Notes under the pieces: model-generated | The model's input: the letters and a program-made list of their open reading frames with translations, nothing else | What the model was told of the DNA's origin: nothing | Databases searched by the model: none | Shown here: positions 49,684 to 55,768 of the stretch, one piece after another | Layout of the letters: every line of letters starts with the position of its first letter | Numbering within the stretch: position 1 is the stretch's first letter | Translations under genes and position numbers: made by a program | DNA from: an uncultured Clostridia bacterium | GTDB lineage: Bacteria > Bacillota > Clostridia > Christensenellales > UBA1242 | Length of the DNA: 55,768 bases | Assembly: GCA_944377825.1 (NCBI GenBank) | Contig: CALWGA010000040.1 | Span: forward strand, 1 to 55,768 | Direction: 5' to 3'

Positions 49684-50400
49684 ATGTCAGGTCACTCAAA
49701 ATGGCACAATATTCAGGCACGTAAGGGTAAGTCCGATGCCGCACGTGGAAAAATATTCACAAAAATCGGTCGTGAAATCGCTGTTTGCGTTAAAGCAGGT
49801 GGTCCTGACCCGAACACCAATAGCAAACTCCGTGATATCATCGCAAAGGCGAAACAAAATAACATGCCAAACGATAATATCGAGCGTTCCATTAAGAAAG
49901 CGTCTGGCGAACTTAGCGGAATTAACTATGAGGCTATCACATATGAAGGCTATGGCGTGGGCGGTTCGGCAGTCATCGTTGAGTGCTTGACCGACAACAA
50001 AAACCGAACAGCAGGAGATGTTCGTCACGCCTTTGATAAACACGGCGGAAGTTTGGGCTCATCAAACTGCGTTTCATACTTATTTAATAGAAAAGGCATT
50101 GTCATTGTTTCGAGCGTTGTGGATGTCGACACTCTTATGATGGACGCACTCGACGCTGGTGCTGTCGACGTTGTTGAAGATGACGACCTTGTTCAGGTTA
50201 TTACAGAGCCGAATGAACATGTGAAAATGGAAGAGGCACTCACAAAGAAAGGTTACACCGTGATTTCAGCGGACACCGAACTTGTGCCAGACAACTATGT
50301 CGACTTAAACGAAGAACAATTAGGTAAATTTAACAGAATGATAGACGCACTCGAAGATTTAGACGATGTTCAAGAGGTTTATCACAATGTAAATATGTAA
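49684..50400 (+). CDS. YebC/PmpR family protein
   Basis: MSGHSKWHNI, YEGYG, LTDNKNRT, DDVQEVYHN. Confidence 0.97.
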   Translation: MSGHSKWHNIQARKGKSDAARGKIFTKIGREIAVCVKAGGPDPNTNSKLRDIIAKAKQNNMPNDNIERSIKKASGELSGINYEAITYEGYGVGGSAVIVECLTDNKNRTAGDVRHAFDKHGGSLGSSNCVSYLFNRKGIVIVSSVVDVDTLMMDALDAGAVDVVEDDDLVQVITEPNEHVKMEEALTKKGYTVISADTELVPDNYVDLNEEQLGKFNRMIDALEDLDDVQEVYHNVNM

Positions 50401-50424
50401 GGCAGATTTATTCTGTCTTTTTTT
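50399..50424 (+). terminator. intrinsic terminator
   Basis: AAGGCAGA-tttat-TCTGTCTT followed by T-run. Confidence 0.75.
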
Positions 50425-50667
50425 ATATTACTTATCAAAATCAAAACCTAATTTTCTTTAAATTTTACCAAATTTTCTATAAATTCCGCTATTTTTTCTT
50501 CAAATTTTGCCATATTTTTTAGAGTTTTAAGGCGGAATTTTGAGAATATTAGGCTGGAAATTTAATAATTAAAATTTTATATTAAATAGTTTGACAAAAC
50601 GCTAAAAAAAGTTTAAACTAGAATTGTGTGGGAAACCACGCAAATTTTATAAAGGAGAAATGCGAAA

Positions 50668-52251
50668 ATGGGAGGAATGTTATTAGACGTCACTCCTGCA
50701 ATCGCATCTGTAATAGCAATCGTTTGTCTAATTGCGGGTCTTTTGATTGGTGGCGGAGTAATTATTCTTTATACCAATAAAAAAATGCAAAAAAATAAAT
50801 CAAATGCTGTTAAAATCATTGAAGATGCGTATGCAGAGGCTAAGACGATAAAAAAAGAAGCCATGCTGGAAAGCAAGGAATTAGCACAAAAAGCGAAAGA
50901 CGAGGCTGATGAAGAGGTCAAAAATAGGCGCCAAGAGGCTGTAAAACTTGAAGAAAGACTCAATCAACGCGAAGAATTTATCGAGAAAAAGGAACTTTCT
51001 TTAGATAAAAGAACGGAACAACTTGAGGACGAAAAGAAAGAAATCGCTGAAATTAAGCAAGGTCTCGAGAAAGAGAAAGAAAACTTGAATACTCTTAAAG
51101 ACCAGGCTATGCAAGAAATCGAAAAAGTGGCAAAGATGTCTAAGCAAGAGGCGGTCGATATGCTTGTGAACACTATGCGTGAGGATGCTCAAAAAGAGGC
51201 ATCGAAAATTGTTAAGCAGATTGAAGAGGACGCGAGAGAAAACGGCGAACTAAAGGCGCGCGAAATTATCGGACAGGCTCTTCAAAAATGTGCCACTGAA
51301 ACAACTTCCGAGATGACCGTCTCTGTCGTTTCGCTACCTAATGACGAGATGAAAGGCAGAATTATCGGTCGTGAGGGCAGAAATATTCGTGCAATCGAAG
51401 CGGCAACTGGCGTGGAACTTATCGTGGATGACACACCAGAGTCTATCACAATCTCTGGGTTTGACCCGATTCGAAGAGAGGTTGCAAGGCTCGCACTTGA
51501 GAAACTTATAACTGACGGCCGTATTCATCCAACCAGAATTGAAGAGATTGTGGAGAAAATGCAACGCGAGGTTGACAAAACCATTAAACAGGCAGGCGAC
51601 GAAGCGTGCAACGAAACTGGAATTTACAATTTAAACATTGAACTTGTTAAAATTTTAGGCAGATTGAAATATCGAACAAGTTATGGGCAAAATGTTTTAA
51701 AACACTCCATCGAAACCTCAATCATCGCTGGACTTTTGGCGTCCGAAATAGGCGCAAATGTGAAAATAGCCAAGCGCGGTGGGCTTCTTCACGACATCGG
51801 CAAGGCGCTCGACCATGAAATGGAAGGCACTCACGTTCAAATCGGCGTGGAACTTGCAAGAAAGTATGGCGAAAGTGAAGAGGTTGTGCACTGCATTGAG
51901 GCGCACCACTTCAATGTGGAATTTAAAACGATTGAGGCAATCATCGTGCAGGTTGCGGATGCCATTTCATCTTCAAGACCTGGCGCTAGACGTGATTCCT
52001 TTGAGAACTATATTAAAAGATTGCAACAACTTGAAGAGATTGCCAACAGTTTCAAAGGCGTGGAAAAATCCTTCGCGGTTCAAGCGGGAAGAGAAGTGCG
52101 CATAATTGTGAAACCTGAAGAGATTTCTGACAGCCAAGCAATGTTTATGGCAAAGGAAATCGCATCAAAGATTGAAAATGAAATGCAATATCCAGGTCAC
52201 ATCAAGGTCAACGTGATAAGAGAAAGTAGGTTCATTGAAACCGCAAAGTAA
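50668..52251 (+). CDS. rny: ribonuclease Y
   Basis: N-terminal TM, coiled coil, KH (KGRIIGREGRNI), HD (LLHDIGK), QAGREVR. Confidence 0.99.
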   Translation: MGGMLLDVTPAIASVIAIVCLIAGLLIGGGVIILYTNKKMQKNKSNAVKIIEDAYAEAKTIKKEAMLESKELAQKAKDEADEEVKNRRQEAVKLEERLNQREEFIEKKELSLDKRTEQLEDEKKEIAEIKQGLEKEKENLNTLKDQAMQEIEKVAKMSKQEAVDMLVNTMREDAQKEASKIVKQIEEDARENGELKAREIIGQALQKCATETTSEMTVSVVSLPNDEMKGRIIGREGRNIRAIEAATGVELIVDDTPESITISGFDPIRREVARLALEKLITDGRIHPTRIEEIVEKMQREVDKTIKQAGDEACNETGIYNLNIELVKILGRLKYRTSYGQNVLKHSIETSIIAGLLASEIGANVKIAKRGGLLHDIGKALDHEMEGTHVQIGVELARKYGESEEVVHCIEAHHFNVEFKTIEAIIVQVADAISSSRPGARRDSFENYIKRLQQLEEIANSFKGVEKSFAVQAGREVRIIVKPEEISDSQAMFMAKEIASKIENEMQYPGHIKVNVIRESRFIETAK

Positions 52252-52423
52252 GAGATTTTTTTCTAGACCACTGCATATCAATAAAATGTAAGCGGATTGT
52301 AAGTTGAAACTAATAGCATATTATCAAAGAACAACCAAGTGCGAAGCATTTGAAAGAGACTAAATATAGTTTAAATAAACCTCATGCAGTTTGCTTTCAT
52401 ATTGATAAAGATTAGGAGAAAAT

Positions 52424-52900
52424 ATGTTTAAGTTGAAAAAGAACACCGAAAATAATGAAGAGATTGTAAAGGCAGAACCGCCAAAAGAAACCAAACAAGA
52501 AGAAATTTCTTCAGAAACTGAGTTAAAAACAGATGCTAGCGCTTTAGAAGAGCAGACCGTCAGCGTGCAAAGTGTTACCGAAACAGAGACTAAAGGCAAG
52601 AAAAAGGAAGAGAAGAAAGAAGAAAAAAAGGTGATTAAGTGGGGACCGAATAGAGTTCTTCAGTGCTTTGCCTATTTTTCAGTGGTTCTCATTGCCATAG
52701 CCATGATTTTGCGCTTGATTTTCAAAAATCAACCTGACATTGCCATCTATATGCAGGGCGTGGGCGAGTGTTTAGCGTATATCGTTTGCATTTGGCTTGG
52801 TTTTTACTTCACACGAAAACGCGGAAATATTTGGTGGCTAATCGGCTGGATAATCGCTTCGGTAATACTTGTGATTTTCTATATTTTTGCGATTGTTTAA
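52424..52900 (+). CDS. hypothetical membrane protein (charged disordered N-terminus, 3 TM)
   Basis: SD AGGAG; Glu/Lys-rich N-half; three hydrophobic helices. Confidence 0.7.
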   Translation: MFKLKKNTENNEEIVKAEPPKETKQEEISSETELKTDASALEEQTVSVQSVTETETKGKKKEEKKEEKKVIKWGPNRVLQCFAYFSVVLIAIAMILRLIFKNQPDIAIYMQGVGECLAYIVCIWLGFYFTRKRGNIWWLIGWIIASVILVIFYIFAIV

Positions 52901-53071
52901 AATTTAATGTAGTTAATTTCTTGAATTAATGTAGTTGTTTTATAATTTAACATTATTTAATAGGTTAGCAGTTGGTAAAAAATTTATGTAAATTTATCTC
53001 TTTGCATTAAAATTTTAATCTCAACAACTAAAAACACTAAATATGCTAAAATTTATATTTAAAAGGAAAGT

Positions 53072-53455
53072 ATGAAAAAGAAAAACATCGTTTATATCAT
53101 AAGTGCTGTTATAATAGTTTTATGCGTTATTTTCGCTCTACTCATCGACGTGTGGGGGAGTTTTTCCTATTTCGTGCTTGCCTTGATGACGGTTTTTTCG
53201 TTAGTTTGGGCAGGATATTTGATTTATAACTACTGCACCGATTTTAAAAAGCAACTTGAAGAAGATTTTTCTTACTATAAAGCCGAGAAAATCAACTCAA
53301 CTTCTGTCACATCTGAAGAATTTGAAAAGAACGAGCAGGCATATCGAAAAGAATTTAATAAGTCGGCAAGAAAAAGCAAAATCTTTGAAATTTGCAAGAT
53401 AATTCTTTGTTTTGACTTTGCTGGGCTCTTCATCTTTGCCATGTTTGTGGCGTAA
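53072..53455 (+). CDS. hypothetical membrane protein (3 TM)
   Basis: SD AAGGA; two N-terminal and one C-terminal hydrophobic helices. Confidence 0.7.
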   Translation: MKKKNIVYIISAVIIVLCVIFALLIDVWGSFSYFVLALMTVFSLVWAGYLIYNYCTDFKKQLEEDFSYYKAEKINSTSVTSEEFEKNEQAYRKEFNKSARKSKIFEICKIILCFDFAGLFIFAMFVA

Positions 53456-53504
53456 AAAATTTTAATTTTGTTAATTTAATTAAATAATATCAAAGGAGAA
53501 AAAA

Positions 53505-54437
53505 ATGGCTAAATTATTTGTAAGATGCAGGGGGGATTCACAACCTGAATATGATGTCTGCGTAATAGGCGGATGTTCCATCGATTTAACGACCTACGAG
53601 GATGGCTCAAGCGAGTTATTTTTCGGCGGAAAAGGCGCAAATCAAGCGGTTGCAGCAGCGCGTGCTGGTGCAAAAACTTGCATGATAACTAAGTTAGGTA
53701 AAGACGAATACTACGAGCCGATAACCGACAATCTTATCAAAAACGGCGTTGATGTCTTTGTCAGCACAACAACCAAAGCCAAAAATGACGTCACAAAAAT
53801 ATATATCAAAGATGGCGACAACACCATTGAGCGTCATAACGAAATGATAAACACATTCGGCAAAAAATTGGTCGAAAAATTTAAGGATATCATTCTTGCG
53901 TCGAAATATATTGTCATTCAAAATAAAGCGCCATATTCTTTCACAAAATATTTGGTAGATTTTTGCTATGCAAACAAAAAGAAGGTGGTTTTAACCCCTT
54001 CAAATCCAACGCAACTTGTTGTGAGTGAGGAAAGTAACCGAAAACTTATAGACAAAATTGCATATATCTGTGCCAATGAGAAGGAAACCAAGATTGTTTT
54101 TGGCAATGAAGATGTTGTAGATGTGGTCAAAAATCATCCAAAAAAACTTATCACAACCTTGGGCGCAAGGGGACTGATTTATGCTGAAAATGGCGAAGTG
54201 ACCACGCTTCCAGCGCTTAAAACCAAAAATGTGATTGACACAACGGGCGCAGGCGACACCTTTTGTGGCAATTTTGTTGCAAATCTTGCACACGGCTATT
54301 CTTTTGCTGAAGCAATTAGGGTGGCACAATATGCTTCTGCCTATAAAATTAGATATAAGTCTGCACAAGCCGGCATGCCAACAAGTGCGGAGTTAGAGCG
54401 ATTTATAAAAGAAAATTCCAGTAAGGAAAGGAGGTAA
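53505..54437 (+). CDS. PfkB/ribokinase family carbohydrate kinase
   Basis: GGKGANQAVAAAR, ANEKE, TLGARG, DTTGAGDTF. Confidence 0.92.
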   Translation: MAKLFVRCRGDSQPEYDVCVIGGCSIDLTTYEDGSSELFFGGKGANQAVAAARAGAKTCMITKLGKDEYYEPITDNLIKNGVDVFVSTTTKAKNDVTKIYIKDGDNTIERHNEMINTFGKKLVEKFKDIILASKYIVIQNKAPYSFTKYLVDFCYANKKKVVLTPSNPTQLVVSEESNRKLIDKIAYICANEKETKIVFGNEDVVDVVKNHPKKLITTLGARGLIYAENGEVTTLPALKTKNVIDTTGAGDTFCGNFVANLAHGYSFAEAIRVAQYASAYKIRYKSAQAGMPTSAELERFIKENSSKERR

Positions 54438-54439
54438 CT

Positions 54440-55207
54440 ATGACCTTTCCTTATTTTCGTGAATTTGATTTTGCTAAAAAATTAATAAAAAGAACTTACG
54501 CTCATTTATCCAGCAAGTCTTTGAGTGCCAGCATAAAAGCCGATGAGTCTATTGTGACAAATTTAGATGTTCAACTTGAAAAAACATTGATTGAAAATAT
54601 AAAAAGGAAATTTACTCTCGACAATTTCTTAACCGAAGAAACTTCAAATAAAACTAATCTTACCGACAGAACTTGGGTGATAGACCCAATCGACGGCACG
54701 GCATTTTTTACTAGGCATTCAAATTTTTTTACCATGCAACTTGCTTTCTACGACAAGGGCGAAACACAATTTTCAATTATCTATGACATATCATTGAAAA
54801 AAATGTATAGCGCGATAAAGGGGTTGGGTGCATATATAAACGGCAAAAAGATTACAAATCGTAAACAGGCCGAGTATGGAAGGTGTAATGTGTGCATTTG
54901 CGGTTCTCCAGCGAAATGGGGCGAGGTGACAGCGTCTAATTTTGTAAAAATCTATAAAAATGCAAGAAGTCACTATCTCTCGCCACAATTTTTAATAATA
55001 AATTCCTCAGGTTATGCCTACACGCTACTTGCAAATGGAACGATAGATTTTTTAATAGAGGCGGTTAAAACGCCATGGGATTATATGCCAGGGGACCTAC
55101 TTGTCAAAGAACTTTCAGCATCTTACCACTTTTTCGATAACGCCAGATATTATTCCTTCTGTCCAGAACTTGACAAATTTTTGGAGTTAGATAAAGCAGG
55201 GGAGTAG
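54440..55207 (+). CDS. inositol monophosphatase family protein
   Basis: VTNLD, LTEE, WVIDPIDGT, PWD. Confidence 0.88.
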   Translation: MTFPYFREFDFAKKLIKRTYAHLSSKSLSASIKADESIVTNLDVQLEKTLIENIKRKFTLDNFLTEETSNKTNLTDRTWVIDPIDGTAFFTRHSNFFTMQLAFYDKGETQFSIIYDISLKKMYSAIKGLGAYINGKKITNRKQAEYGRCNVCICGSPAKWGEVTASNFVKIYKNARSHYLSPQFLIINSSGYAYTLLANGTIDFLIEAVKTPWDYMPGDLLVKELSASYHFFDNARYYSFCPELDKFLELDKAGE

Positions 55208-55426
55208 GGCAATATAGAAGAGTAAATAAAATAAAGTAGGAGATAACAATTTTTTCTAAAGTTTGTGTGTTAAATTGGGTTTATATATCAAATTATATAA
55301 CAAAATAAGTGATTAATTATGATATTTTTCGGATCAATAAAACTTTGCTTTTTGAAAAAATAAGGCGATTTTATATTGTCTAAACGTTTTCTATCTATTC
55401 GCAAAAGACAGGTTTTGCGAATAGAT

Positions 55427-55474
55427 ATTCTATATTTCGAGTAGTATGCAATAAAAACACACAAAATGTTGTGG
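55427..55474. promoter_or_regulatory. tandem NrdR-box-like pair (copy 3)
   Basis: ATTCTATATTTCGAGT and ACACAAAATGTTGTGG, starts 32 bp apart; core GTAGTATGCAA. Confidence 0.5.
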
Positions 55475-55768
55475 TGTTATGCATTTTCTTATATTTTATC
55501 ATTTTATTATAGAAAATTTATATTTTTTCTTATTGTTGTTTATATTTTATTAGTAAATTTTAGTTAAAAACATTTAACTCTTTATATGTGGAATTTGTTT
55601 GTGAAATGCGTTTTAATCAATTTTCTTTATTTTAGACGAATAACTCTTCATCTTTTACATAATATTTTAGCAAAATTAACTTATAAATTTTTATATGAAA
55701 TTTATAGAGAAAACTTGTATACAAAATATACGAAAAGAAATATATAAAATTTTAACCTAATATATCTA

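Overview
Low-GC chromosomal window, mostly core genes on the + strand, from a Clostridia-like Firmicute; gene order and several missing genes suggest a reduced genome (inference). It uses the standard genetic code. Order: rpsB-tsf, rpmB (58 aa, absent from the ORF track), yloU-fakA, an orphan 632-aa protein, frr-uppS-cdsA-rseP, a truncated polC derivative, rimP-nusA-ylxR-ylxQ-infB-rbfA-nrnA-truB, endonuclease IV, efp, an archaeal-type valS with an in-frame TAA at codon 10, a 49-aa KNC-repeat peptide, an rluA-like gene, T-box-pheS-pheT, iscS-thiI, argR-recN, an AT-rich 3-gene islet, ruvCAB, queA-tgt, tig-clpP-clpX, L20 leader-infC-rpmI-rplT, a trmH-like gene, yebC, rny, two membrane proteins, a PfkB kinase and an IMPase-like gene. 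I saw no tRNA, rRNA, CRISPR array, transposase or phage gene. Main signals: (1) a PolC-derived protein that keeps the N-terminal domains, OB fold and an intact DEDDh exonuclease, carries a clamp-motif-like QDSMF, and lacks the PHP and polymerase core; (2) intergenic arrays of a constant CTTCACT heptamer alternating with sequence-variable 16-18 nt hairpins; (3) a ~260-bp structured non-coding repeat present twice in opposite orientation with compensatory changes; (4) three tandem NrdR-box-like pairs sharing a GTAGTATGCAA core at unexpected sites; (5) an mTERF-repeat-like orphan with a QLSLY motif; (6) several apparently leaderless genes. All calls come from reading the sequence by eye; no searches were run.
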